Source: an uncultured Acidimicrobiaceae bacterium (GTDB taxonomy: Bacteria; Actinomycetota; Acidimicrobiia; Acidimicrobiales; Bog-793). Taken from it: a stretch of DNA of 64,000 bases. The DNA is taken from the NCBI GenBank assembly GCA_963761425.1, contig CAVXGQ010000003.1, positions 36,501 to 100,500 on the forward strand. Reading direction: 5' to 3'. Shown here in pieces: positions 1 to 8,760 of this stretch. The translations under genes were made by a program, and so were the position numbers. Below the pieces are notes generated by a model that was not told the origin of the DNA, made no database searches, and was given only the letters and a program-made list of their open reading frames with translations. Position 1 is the stretch's first letter; every line of letters begins with the position of its first letter.

Positions 1-837
1 CATCGCCTCGAAGACCGGGCGCCAGGTCGAGGCGTGCGGGTCGATCTCCCGGGCGAGCCGATTCATCTCGGACTCGAGTTGGTCGAGTTCGCGCCGGCCC
101 CGGCCGCGCAACTCCGAGGCGCCATAGCCGAGGAGCTCCCGTTCCCCCAGCAACGACGAGTACCGCTCCTCGCCGATGGCGTAGTCGCCCCGCGCCGACC
201 CGCCCAGTTCGGTGAGAAAGCCGAGGAAGTCGCGGAAGGCCTCGACGGTGCCGGTGGCAGCCTCGGCGACCTCGGCGCGGCTCTTCTGGTCACGGAACTC
301 CGCCGGCAGCAGATCCTTGAAATAGGGGATCGCGGCTTCGCACTGGCCGACGGCGCGGCCGACGATGAGCGGACTCGCCAGCTCGGAGGAGAGGTTCGCC
401 CGTCCGGCCTCGAGCGCCCCCGGCATGGCGCGCAGGCGGCTCGCCGTGTAGCGCGCCCGCTCACCTTCGGGGAACGACCGGTGGATGATGAGGCTGAGAA
501 TCCCGTCGAAACAGGGGTCGAGGTAGAAGGAAGGGTCTCTCTGCCAGCCGCGCCACGACTCGAGGACCTGTCGGCCGCGGATCTCGGCGAGGACCGCAGC
601 GCGGTCGATCCGCTGGTCGGGTCCCAGCCGGTCGACGTCGACGGCGCGCAGCCGGTCAAGCCAGGTCGCGTCGTTCCTTTTCCGGCCGGTGATGGCCGCC
701 GCCGACAGGTCGTCGATCTCGCCGTGAGCGCCGTCGGCCCCGAGCGCGGTGGCGGTCACCGGTGAAGCCGCGAACTCGTCGGCGAGCCACGCGTCGAGCA
801 GGCGGTCGAAAGCCGCGTCGGGGCTGACCGGGGTCAC
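1..837 (-). CDS. DUF885-family protein, N-terminal part (gene runs off the left edge of the window)
   Basis: The minus-strand frame is open from 837 down to 1. GTG at 837-835 follows an in-frame stop at 849-847. The translation VTPVSPDAAFDRLLDAWLADEF...WQRDPSFYLDPCFDGILSLI...GDYAIGEERYSSLLGERELLGY resembles DUF885 proteins. The listed + ORF 34..765 is its antisense shadow. Confidence 0.7.
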   Translation of the reverse strand, partial: MTPVSPDAAFDRLLDAWLADEFAASPVTATALGADGAHGEIDDLSAAAITGRKRNDATWLDRLRAVDVDRLGPDQRIDRAAVLAEIRGRQVLESWRGWQRDPSFYLDPCFDGILSLIIHRSFPEGERARYTASRLRAMPGALEAGRANLSSELASPLIVGRAVGQCEAAIPYFKDLLPAEFRDQKSRAEVAEAATGTVEAFRDFLGFLTELGGSARGDYAIGEERYSSLLGERELLGYGASELRGRGRRELDQLESEMNRLAREIDPHASTWRPVFEAM

Positions 838-907
838 GGCGCGAAGCTAGACGCCCGGCCCGGTCGGTGGACTGGTAGAGGGTTCCGGCGCGGATAGCGT
901 CGCCGTC

Positions 908-1462
908 GTGGAGGACAGGTCCAGGCTGGTCGGGCCGTTTCCCCCCGGCGCCGACCCCGAGGAGTACGACCGCATCCGTCGTCGCGTGCTGTGGCGGATG
1001 CCGACCGGCCTATACCTCGTGGGATCGGTGGCGGGCGGCGAGCGCAACCTGATGACGGCGAACCTTGTCGTCCAGCTGTGCGTCAACCCGAAGCTCGTGG
1101 GTGCGGTCATCGAGGAGAGTGCGCGCACCCACGCTTTGATCGAGACGGGCGCCTGCTTCGCGGTTTCGCTGCTCGCCCGCAAGGACCGGGGAATCGTGCG
1201 AAAGTTCGCAAGACCGGCGCGTGACGATCGTGCCGCCCGCACCCTGAACGGCATCGCCTACACCGACGCGCCGGTGACCGGGGCGCCGGTCGTGTCCCAG
1301 GCAATTGCCTATCTCGACTGCCAGCTGGAGCGGACGGTCCGGTTCGGCTCGCATTCGCTATTCGTCGGGGAGGTGGTCGATGCGGCCTTTGGACCGGGCG
1401 CCCCGGCCGACGTGGCGGAGGTGCTGCGCGTCGAGGACACCCGTTTGAGCTACGGCGGCTGA
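908..1462 (+). CDS. flavin reductase-like (FMN-binding split-barrel) protein
   Basis: 184-aa ORF with a flavin-reductase-like pattern (MPTGLYLVGS...NLMTANLVVQLCVNPKLVGAVIEE...HSLFVGEVVD). Confidence 0.75.
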   Translation: MEDRSRLVGPFPPGADPEEYDRIRRRVLWRMPTGLYLVGSVAGGERNLMTANLVVQLCVNPKLVGAVIEESARTHALIETGACFAVSLLARKDRGIVRKFARPARDDRAARTLNGIAYTDAPVTGAPVVSQAIAYLDCQLERTVRFGSHSLFVGEVVDAAFGPGAPADVAEVLRVEDTRLSYGG

Positions 1463-1463
1463 G

Positions 1464-2672
1464 ATGCCGACGACCCGCCGGGTGACGGCCCGTTCGCAGC
1501 GGCCAGGGCCCCTCCAACCCCGTTACGTCGCCGATGCGGCCACGCTGGCCGCCTTGGTCGGCGAGCTCAGCGGCGTCGACGAGTACGCGCTCGACACCGA
1601 GTTCCTCCGGGAACGGACGTATTTCGCCCGGCTCGCCCTGCTGCAGGTGGCCTGGCCGGGCGGGGCAGCGCTCGTCGACCCCCTCGCCATCGACGTCGCG
1701 CCCTTCGCCGCGGTGCTCCGCGGTCCGGGGCTCGCCGTCCTGCACGCCGCCGACCAGGACCTCGAGGTTCTGGAGCGGGCCTGCGGGGCCACGCCGTCGC
1801 GACTATTCGACACCCAGTTGGCGGCGGGATTCCTGGGCATGTCGACGCCCTCGCTCGTCGTTCTCGTCGAGCGGCTGCTGCGGCTGCGGCTGGAAAAGGG
1901 CGACCAGCTCACGGACTGGACCCGGCGGCCGCTCAGCGAGCAGCAGTGCCAGTACGCGGCGCACGACGTCGCCCACCTCACCGAGCTTCGTCGCGTGCTC
2001 TCCGACCAGCTGGTGGCGCGTGGTCGCCTCAGCTGGTCCGAAGAGGAATGCGCCGCCCTGCTCCAGCGGGCGCGCCGAGACCCGGTCCCGGAGGAGGCCT
2101 GGTGGAAGCTGCGCCAGGCGCGTCAGTTGCGGGGCGTCGAGAGGGGCGTCGCCCAGTCGGTGGCGGCGTGGCGGGAGCGGCGGGCCCAGGAACTCGACCG
2201 GCCGGTCCGCTTCATCCTCTCCGACCTTACGCTGGCGGCTATCGCCCACCGGCCACCGAAGACCCGGGGGGACCTCCAACACCTCCGCAACCTCGATCCG
2301 CGCAGTCTTAGCGACCCGGTGGCGGCGGAGCTGATGGCGGCGGTCGAGACCGGGATGCAGCTCCCCCCCGAGGCGATCCACCTGCCCCCGGGCCCGGAGG
2401 GCAATTCGGTCAACCGGCCGGCGGTGGCGCTGGCGCTCGCCTTCGCCGGGGAGCTTGCCCGCCAGCTCCACATCGATCTGCCGCTGCTCGCCACGCGGGC
2501 CGACATAGTCGGTTTCCTCCAGCAGCCTCCCGAGGGTCGACTCACCGCGTCGTGGCGCCGCGAGATCGTCGGCGAGCCGCTGGTCCGGTTGGTGACCGGA
2601 GACGCGGCGCTCGCCCTGGAGGAGGGCTCGCTCGTCCTCGAGGAGCGCACCCACCGTCGAGTACCGCGTTAG
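1464..2672 (+). CDS. rnd: ribonuclease D (DEDD 3'-5' exonuclease plus HRDC-like region)
   Basis: 402 aa with exonuclease motifs YALDTEF, HAADQDLEVL and YAAHDVAHL. The start lies 2 nt after the previous stop. Confidence 0.85.
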   Translation: MPTTRRVTARSQRPGPLQPRYVADAATLAALVGELSGVDEYALDTEFLRERTYFARLALLQVAWPGGAALVDPLAIDVAPFAAVLRGPGLAVLHAADQDLEVLERACGATPSRLFDTQLAAGFLGMSTPSLVVLVERLLRLRLEKGDQLTDWTRRPLSEQQCQYAAHDVAHLTELRRVLSDQLVARGRLSWSEEECAALLQRARRDPVPEEAWWKLRQARQLRGVERGVAQSVAAWRERRAQELDRPVRFILSDLTLAAIAHRPPKTRGDLQHLRNLDPRSLSDPVAAELMAAVETGMQLPPEAIHLPPGPEGNSVNRPAVALALAFAGELARQLHIDLPLLATRADIVGFLQQPPEGRLTASWRREIVGEPLVRLVTGDAALALEEGSLVLEERTHRRVPR

Positions 2673-2735
2673 GGATTCCAACGCCGGCCCCGGTGGCGCG
2701 GTGCGACGTTGGGCCCGGGAGCTGGTGCCGGGCGG

Positions 2736-2987
2736 TTATTCCGGCGACTCCTCGGGGAGGGGTGGGGCCGAAGAGGGCCGCAGATCGATCGTCAGCGTGA
2801 GGATTCCCTCGGCGAGTTGGGCGTCGGCGTCGCCGAGCATCGCGAAGTCCAGGTAATCGAGCTCCATCTGCTCGATGATGCGGCGGCGTTCGGCACCTTC
2901 GACGGGCGGCATTCCCCGCCGTCGGACCGCGGCCGCACGTTCGCGAAAACGCGCCACCATCGCCCCGGGATCGAAGGCTTCGGGCAC
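2736..2987 (-). CDS. hypothetical small protein (83 aa)
   Basis: ORF with non-repetitive composition (MPEAFDPGAMVARFRERAAAVRRRGMPPVEGAERRRIIEQMELDYLDFAML...). No family recognised. Confidence 0.4.
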   Translation of the reverse strand: MPEAFDPGAMVARFRERAAAVRRRGMPPVEGAERRRIIEQMELDYLDFAMLGDADAQLAEGILTLTIDLRPSSAPPLPEESPE

Positions 2988-3162
2988 GGGTCCAGGTTAT
3001 CGGCGCCGGATGATCAGGTGGTGTGGCGGGTCTTGAAAAGAATCGGGCGGTATGCTGCACCTCGCACAGGGATCTGATGTGGGATCCGACGTGGTGCCGC
3101 GGCGGCGGGCGTCCCCGGACCGGCCGTGGCCGACGCGTCCTGTTGCAATCAGGGAGCGGCTC

Positions 3163-3333
3163 GTGAAAAAGGGACGGCACCGGCGCTTCGAAGAGGCACG
3201 CAGCCTGAAGCGCGCGGTCGAGGTCGTCGTGGAACCCTGCCCCGAGTGTGGCGCGGGCCCCGATGAGGCCCACGCCACCTGGTGTCTCTACGAGCCTGAC
3301 GAAGACCCCGAAGACGCCGAAGACCTGACCTGA
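3163..3333 (+). CDS. hypothetical small Cys-containing protein with acidic tail (56 aa)
   Basis: GTG at 3163 is preceded by AGGGAG (3151-3156). The product is MKKGRHRRFEEARSLKRAVEVVVEPCPECGAGPDEAHATWCLYEPDEDPEDAEDLT. The longer ORF from 3052 is also possible. Its 3' end overlaps the convergent gene at 3288. Confidence 0.4.
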   Translation: MKKGRHRRFEEARSLKRAVEVVVEPCPECGAGPDEAHATWCLYEPDEDPEDAEDLT

Positions 3334-4064
3334 GCCCCCGCCCGTCGGACGACGGGATGCGGTAGGGGGGTGCGCGTGCTGAGGTGGGTGTCGAGGTAGG
3401 CGGCGATCATCTTGTAAACCGCCGGGCCGACCAGCGCGCCGAGTTCGTCAGCCAGGCTCACATAGACCGGTTGTTTCCCGACGAAGGCCTCGGGGGCTTC
3501 GGTGCACCACCAGTGGAATTCGTCACCGGCGGGTCCCCAGTGGCGCCTCTCCCACTGGGTGACCGTGGAGGTGACGTGCCCGCCTTCGTCGGTGGCGTCC
3601 TCCCGGCGCACCGGGAGCTGCCAACACACCTCGGGTTTGTAAAGGCGCGGGGCCACGCCGGCCTCGAGGGCGGCCCGATGGAGGGCGCAGCCCGGGCCCC
3701 CGGGGAAACCGGGCCGGTTGAGGAAGATGCAGGCCCCGTCGACCAGCCGGGTGGTGAGGTCCTCACCCTGGTGCTTGATGACGCCGACGCGCCGCGCCCG
3801 CCCCAGGTGCTGGAACTGGTTCGGGGTGAGTTTCCGGGCTGCCGCCTCGACGCGCCGGGCGTCTTTTTTGTCCGAGAGGTGGGCGCCGTAACTGCAGCAA
3901 CCTTCGGCGAGTTCCGCGGCCGGCCCGGTGAGGACCCCCTGGCAACCCTCGTTGTAGATGCACTTCCAAGCGCTCGCCAGGAACGTCACGTCGACAACCC
4001 AGGTGCGGTCCTCTTCCGGGTCGCTGAAGCTCACCCACTCGTGGGCGTCGTCGGGGATGGACAT
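3288..4064 (-). CDS. conserved Cys-rich protein, possible metal-binding (258 aa)
   Basis: An internal ATG (MSIPDDAHEWVSFSDPEEDRTWVVDVTFL...) lies within listed ORF 3288..4538. Cys clusters are WKCIYNEGCQGV, AEGCCSYGAH, DGACIFLN, GPGCALH, EVCWQLP and HWWCTE. The upstream part of the listed ORF is Arg/Gly/Pro-rich shadow sequence. Confidence 0.65.
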   Translation of the reverse strand: MSIPDDAHEWVSFSDPEEDRTWVVDVTFLASAWKCIYNEGCQGVLTGPAAELAEGCCSYGAHLSDKKDARRVEAAARKLTPNQFQHLGRARRVGVIKHQGEDLTTRLVDGACIFLNRPGFPGGPGCALHRAALEAGVAPRLYKPEVCWQLPVRREDATDEGGHVTSTVTQWERRHWGPAGDEFHWWCTEAPEAFVGKQPVYVSLADELGALVGPAVYKMIAAYLDTHLSTRTPLPHPVVRRAGAQVRSSASSGSSSGS

Positions 4065-5506
4065 GCATCGAACGCTATCGGCGTCGCCCCGACACCGGCG
4101 AGCTGGCGGCGGGTCGGCTCGGCGCAACAGAACCACGGCTCGGTGAGATGGGGCCGTCGTCTTGGCGAAGGCCCCGGCACCACCGCCACCTCCGGTGGTC
4201 TGGGGTCGCGCCGGCCGAGGTGATCGAACACCATGGCCCGGACCGCGGCGTAGGTGGTCTCGACCGGCTCCGCCGCCGTTGCCGCTTCCTCGCAGCGTTC
4301 GGCCAGCGCCGTCTGGAGCTCGTCGAGGACCGGGTCCTCCGCCGACCAGCGGTACCCGGCCGACTCGGCGTCGAGTTCGCCGAGGGCGCGAGCAAGTACG
4401 GGGTCGTCGTCTCTGAGGAGGAGCGAACCGGGCGGGATGAGCAGTCGTATCGAGTACTGAACCGGATCGACGTTCGGCACCAGATCGTGTGCCGCGACGA
4501 AATCGACGATCCCGATCACGTCTTCTCGTTCGGTCCACGGGGTGAACGGGAGGAAGGAGGGGCGGATCTCGATGCCGAAGCTGCGCAGCAAGGAGACGGC
4601 GTGGCCGGCGTCCGCCGCGGTGTGGTTCTTTTGCAGGCGGCGCAGCACGGCGTCGTTGGTGGATTCGAAGGCCGAGACCACGAAGACGAGTCCGAGCGTG
4701 GCGAGCTCGGCGACGGCGTCCCGGTGACGCAGCAGATGCGAGACCTTGATCGTGGCGTCGAAGGTGAGCTCGGGGTGTCTGGCGTGGATCCCCCGGGCGA
4801 CCTCGAGGGCGTGGGCGGGACGGTTCAAGAAGTCGGGGTCGGCGAAACGCAGGTGGCCGGCGCCCGCCGCGACCAGAGCGCCGACGTCGGCCAGCACCGC
4901 TTCGGTGGGGACGGCCCGCGATCGCCCCCCGTAGACGACGGGCACCGGGCAGTGCCGGCAGCGGTGGTTGCAGCCCCGGCTGGTCTCGACCGTCCCGACG
5001 AGCCGCTCGCCGTCGGCGGTGACGAGACGCGCGTAAGCCCCCAGGCCGGGTAGTCCTTGTCGCCGGGGGAGTGGGCCCGTCGTCTGGCCGGCGGCCCGGG
5101 GCCGGCCGAGGTCGACGACCGCGGTGGACCGGTTGGTACGGGTGGTGCCGTCCAGCCAGCCAGCCAGCGCTCGGCCCACCTCGCCGGCCGCGGCCAGGTC
5201 ACCTTCCCGGAGGATCCCGGTGGCCGCCGCCACCGGGGCATACAGGCCGTACAGCGCGACCGGTGTGGCCGGGCGGGAGGCGCGCAACCGGTCGATCGCG
5301 GCACGGGCGAGCTGCAGGGCGGTGTGCATCGGGACGGAGAAGGCTACGGCCTGGGCCCAGGCGATGTTGGCCGAGGGCCAGTTCTCGGTGGAGAGGTCGA
5401 CGGTGCGCACCTCGTGACCCCGGGCCGCGAGCTCGGCCGCCGGTCCGGCCAGACCGAGCGGTTGGGCGCCGAGCTCGTAGGTGGAGACGAGCAGGACGCG
5501 ACTCAC
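4031..5506 (-). CDS. B12-binding-domain radical SAM protein with CCAEP C-terminal tail motif
   Basis: 491 aa. The N-terminal domain is Rossmann/B12-like (MSRVLLVSTYELGAQPLGL...). The CxxxCxxC motif is SRGCNHRCRHCPV. The tail motif WFCCAEPT is encoded at about 4115-4129. I recall a family name 'CUAEP/CCAEP-tail radical SAM (seleno)protein'. Confidence 0.85.
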   Translation of the reverse strand: MSRVLLVSTYELGAQPLGLAGPAAELAARGHEVRTVDLSTENWPSANIAWAQAVAFSVPMHTALQLARAAIDRLRASRPATPVALYGLYAPVAAATGILREGDLAAAGEVGRALAGWLDGTTRTNRSTAVVDLGRPRAAGQTTGPLPRRQGLPGLGAYARLVTADGERLVGTVETSRGCNHRCRHCPVPVVYGGRSRAVPTEAVLADVGALVAAGAGHLRFADPDFLNRPAHALEVARGIHARHPELTFDATIKVSHLLRHRDAVAELATLGLVFVVSAFESTNDAVLRRLQKNHTAADAGHAVSLLRSFGIEIRPSFLPFTPWTEREDVIGIVDFVAAHDLVPNVDPVQYSIRLLIPPGSLLLRDDDPVLARALGELDAESAGYRWSAEDPVLDELQTALAERCEEAATAAEPVETTYAAVRAMVFDHLGRRDPRPPEVAVVPGPSPRRRPHLTEPWFCCAEPTRRQLAGVGATPIAFDACPSPTTPTSG

Positions 5507-6780
5507 CGTCCCGCCTCCCCCGCGACCTCGGGGTCGACGTGCACCCGGAGCGCCGCGAAACCACGCCGCAACGCCTCCTCGACCTGTTCGGGAGCGTCAG
5601 CCCGGGCGAACAAGAACCCCAGGTAGCGGTCACCGGCCGGCCAGGCCGTCAGTCTCCCGCCGACGGGCACGGTCACCTCGAGTCCCCACACCCCCGGTAC
5701 CGCCAGGGCGGCCTCCTTGCCGTCGATCCCGCCAAGGCGGCCGGAAGCGGGGACGGGGAGCATCATTACGCCCGACGCGCCCGGCAGTCGGACTCCCGCC
5801 GGGTCGAATTCCATCCCCAGCGCCTGGGTGAGCACGATCTCCTCGAGCGATCGCCCGGACGAGAAGCGAAGCGCCTTGGAGCATCGCCCGCCGATCGTGC
5901 GTGCCGCGACTTCCAGGACGACCACCCGCGCCTCGGGATGCGATCCCCGTGGTGACAGACGGGCCTCGGCGTGGACCGGACCGTCGACGAGACCGAGTGC
6001 CGCACAGGCCGAGGCCACCGTGGCGCGCAGCACCTCTTGGATCGGCGCCGGATGGCGGGAGGGTGTGACGTAGATCGTCTCTTCGAAGTACGGCCCGTCG
6101 AGCGGATCCGGCTTGTCGAAGACGGCGAGGACCTCGAGGTGACCATGGGACAGGAGCCCTTCGACGGCGACCTCCTCGCCGGGGACGAACGACTCGACAA
6201 GCAGCGGCTCACCAGCCGGCCTTCCGGCGCACCGGGCGATGCGGCGCACCCTGGCGGCCGCCGCCCGCGCCCCCGGGGAGTCGTCAACGCGGATGACGCC
6301 GCGACTCGCGGCCAGCGAGCACGGCTTCACGACCACCGGGTAGCCGAGCCGATCCCCGGCCGCCGCCACGGCGTCGGGCTCCTCGGGACCTGCCCCGACG
6401 ATCTCGAAGGGCGGTTGGCTCACTCCGGCTTCGCCCAACCGGCGCCGCATCGCCGCCTTGTCCCGGGTTGCGGCGATCGCCTGGTACGGGTTCTTCGCGA
6501 GCCCGAGCCGTTCGGCGGCGGCGGCCGCGGCCAACATCCCCGCGTCGTCCACCGCCAGCACCGCGTCGAGCGGCGTTACCGCGTGAAACGACGCCACCGC
6601 CTCGGCCGCGGCCGGAGGATCCTCGAGCGGCAGGACGAGGAAGTGTTCCGGCAACGTGGCGGCCAGCGCCTGGGGGGCGTCCGACCCGGTCACCACCTCA
6701 ACTCCCAACCGTCCCGCCGCGGCCAGGAACTCGGTGGCGCGGTAGGTCGAGGAAGGAAGCACCAGCAGGACGCGTGCCAT
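5503..6780 (-). CDS. ATP-grasp domain protein (carboxylate-amine ligase-like)
   Basis: 425 aa with an ATP-grasp pattern (RDKAAMRRRLGEAGVSQPPF...GYPVVVKPCSLAASRGVIRV...LLVESFVPGEEVAVEGL). Its stop overlaps the radical SAM start as ATGA (5503-5506). Confidence 0.8.
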   Translation of the reverse strand: MARVLLVLPSSTYRATEFLAAAGRLGVEVVTGSDAPQALAATLPEHFLVLPLEDPPAAAEAVASFHAVTPLDAVLAVDDAGMLAAAAAAERLGLAKNPYQAIAATRDKAAMRRRLGEAGVSQPPFEIVGAGPEEPDAVAAAGDRLGYPVVVKPCSLAASRGVIRVDDSPGARAAAARVRRIARCAGRPAGEPLLVESFVPGEEVAVEGLLSHGHLEVLAVFDKPDPLDGPYFEETIYVTPSRHPAPIQEVLRATVASACAALGLVDGPVHAEARLSPRGSHPEARVVVLEVAARTIGGRCSKALRFSSGRSLEEIVLTQALGMEFDPAGVRLPGASGVMMLPVPASGRLGGIDGKEAALAVPGVWGLEVTVPVGGRLTAWPAGDRYLGFLFARADAPEQVEEALRRGFAALRVHVDPEVAGEAGR

Positions 6781-6856
6781 ACCCCCATCATGCCGGTCGA
6801 TTGCTCGCCACCAGCGCGGCGTTCGCCCGCTCGGGTGGTGCCCCTAGCATGGCGAT

Positions 6857-7501
6857 ATGGCCGACGAGGCGCCGGATCGATTGCACCTTGACTCGGTGCT
6901 CGCGGTCACCGACGCCGCCCGCGCCTCCATTCTCGAGGCCCGCGCGGCCGAGCGGAATCCCGAGGGCCTCGCGCTCTTCGTCGAGGTGACCGGGTCGGCG
7001 AACGGCGCCTACGTCTACGAGATGTGGTTCGAGGCGCTCGCCGACGCCTCGCCGCGCGACGTGCTGTGCCAGCACGGCGAGCTCACCGTGGTCGTGGGGG
7101 GTGAAAGCGTCGACAAGCTGCGCGGGGCGACGCTCGATGTCGGTGACCAGGGCCTCGTCATGGTGAACCCCAATGCGCCGAGGTTGGCGCCGGTGGCTCC
7201 GGCTGCCGCCGAGGGAGATGTGACCAGCCCGCTGGCCCAGGCGGTGATGACCGTGCTCGAGGAACAGGTGAACCCCCAGATCGCCTTCCACGGCGGCCGG
7301 GCGGACCTCGTCGCTGTCGACCAGGGCGTCGCCTACCTCCGGTTGTCCGGTGGCTGCCAGGGATGTGGGCTGGCGGCGGTGACGCTCGGTCAGGGGATCA
7401 GCCTCGCCATCAGACAAGCGGTGCCGGAGATCGTCGACGTGGTCGACGTCACCGCGCACCAGGAGGGCCGCAACCCTTACTTCGAACCGGCAAAGAAGTA
7501 G
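6857..7501 (+). CDS. NfuA-like Fe-S cluster carrier (degenerate IscA/HesB-like N-domain plus Nfu C-domain)
   Basis: 214 aa. The C-terminal Nfu signature is VNPQIAFHGGRADLVAV...GGCQGCG. Confidence 0.8.
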   Translation: MADEAPDRLHLDSVLAVTDAARASILEARAAERNPEGLALFVEVTGSANGAYVYEMWFEALADASPRDVLCQHGELTVVVGGESVDKLRGATLDVGDQGLVMVNPNAPRLAPVAPAAAEGDVTSPLAQAVMTVLEEQVNPQIAFHGGRADLVAVDQGVAYLRLSGGCQGCGLAAVTLGQGISLAIRQAVPEIVDVVDVTAHQEGRNPYFEPAKK

Positions 7502-7551
7502 CGGCGCCCACCGGGACGGAGCCCGTGAAGGCGAAACGGTAGATTTCACCA

Positions 7552-8760
7552 ATGCTCCGTTTCCTCACGGCTGGGGAATCCCACGGTCGTGCACTCGTCG
7601 TCATCGTCGAGGGTCTGCCCGCCGGGCTGCCGATCACGACCGACGAGATCCGGGTCGAGCTGGCCCGACGCCGGCTCGGCTACGGACGGGGACCGAGGAT
7701 GCGCGTCGAACGCGATGAAATCGTCGTCGTCAGTGGGGTGCGGCACGGCAGGACGCTCGGCTCACCGGTGGCGATCGAGATCGCCAACGCCGAGTGGCCG
7801 AAATGGGAGCGGGAGATGTCGGTCGAACCCGGCGAGCCGGAGCGGATCCTCACCGCCCCGCGTCCGGGTCACGCTGACCTCGCCGGAATGGAGAAGCACG
7901 GATTCGCCGACGCGCGCGACGTGCTCGAACGGGCCTCGGCCCGTGAGACCGCGGCCCGGGTCGCGGCGGGCACGCTGGCCAAAGCGCTGATCGGCGAGCT
8001 GGGTATGGCCGTCGTCAGCCACGTCGTCGCCATCGGACCGGTGACGGCGGCGCCGGGAGTGCGGCCGCGTCCCGAAGACCTTGCCGCGGTCGACGCCTCA
8101 CCGGTCCGCTGTTTCGACGCCACCGCGACCGACGCCATGGTCGCCGAGATCAAGTCGGCCGCCAAAGAGGGGGATTCGCTGGGGGGCGTCGCCGAGGTCG
8201 TCGGCTACGGGGTCCCGGTCGGGCTGGGCAGCTACGCCCACTGGGACCGCCGCCTCGACGGACTGATCGCCCAGGCGCTGATGAGTATCCCGGCGGTCAA
8301 GGCGGTCGAGATCGGCGACGCCATCGCGATTGCCTCCCGGCGGGGCTCCGAGGCCCACGACGCCATCATCTGGGACGCGCCGAGTGCGACCTACCAGCGC
8401 GAGACGAGCCGGGCCGGAGGGATCGAGGGGGGCGTCTCGATTGGTGGCCTACTCGTCGCGCGGGCGGTGATGAAACCGCTGGCGACCTTGAACCACCCGG
8501 TGCTGGCGACCGTCGACGTGGCGACCAAAAAGGGGACGTTCGCCTTCCGGGAGCGCACCGACGTCACCGCAGTGCCGGCCATGGGGGTCGTCGCCGAGGC
8601 GATGGTGGCCTTGGTGCTCGCCGCCGAGGCCCTCCGCAAGTTCGGGGGCGACTCACTCGCCGAGTTCGTTCGCAATCGGGACGCCTTCGTGGCGGCGCTC
8701 GGCTCCACCCCGTCCACCGCCCGGGCCAGCCGAGCCGACGCGAGACCGGGTCGACGGTGA
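7552..8760 (+). CDS. aroC: chorismate synthase
   Basis: MLRFLTAGESHGRALVVIVEGLPAGL...RPGHADL...; 402 aa. Confidence 0.95.
   Translation: MLRFLTAGESHGRALVVIVEGLPAGLPITTDEIRVELARRRLGYGRGPRMRVERDEIVVVSGVRHGRTLGSPVAIEIANAEWPKWEREMSVEPGEPERILTAPRPGHADLAGMEKHGFADARDVLERASARETAARVAAGTLAKALIGELGMAVVSHVVAIGPVTAAPGVRPRPEDLAAVDASPVRCFDATATDAMVAEIKSAAKEGDSLGGVAEVVGYGVPVGLGSYAHWDRRLDGLIAQALMSIPAVKAVEIGDAIAIASRRGSEAHDAIIWDAPSATYQRETSRAGGIEGGVSIGGLLVARAVMKPLATLNHPVLATVDVATKKGTFAFRERTDVTAVPAMGVVAEAMVALVLAAEALRKFGGDSLAEFVRNRDAFVAALGSTPSTARASRADARPGRR

Noticed and set aside
34-765. Long listed ORFs such as 34..765(+), 19358..21169(-), 29001..30896(-), 34842..36974(-) and 55788..57608(-), and many other 100-700-aa frames.
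   Set aside because: They lie antisense to, or out of frame with, genes that have clear family signatures (DUF885, carB, priA/sigma, pepR/MFS, ftsK). Their products are dominated by Arg, Pro, Gly and Ser runs typical of non-coding frames in very GC-rich DNA.
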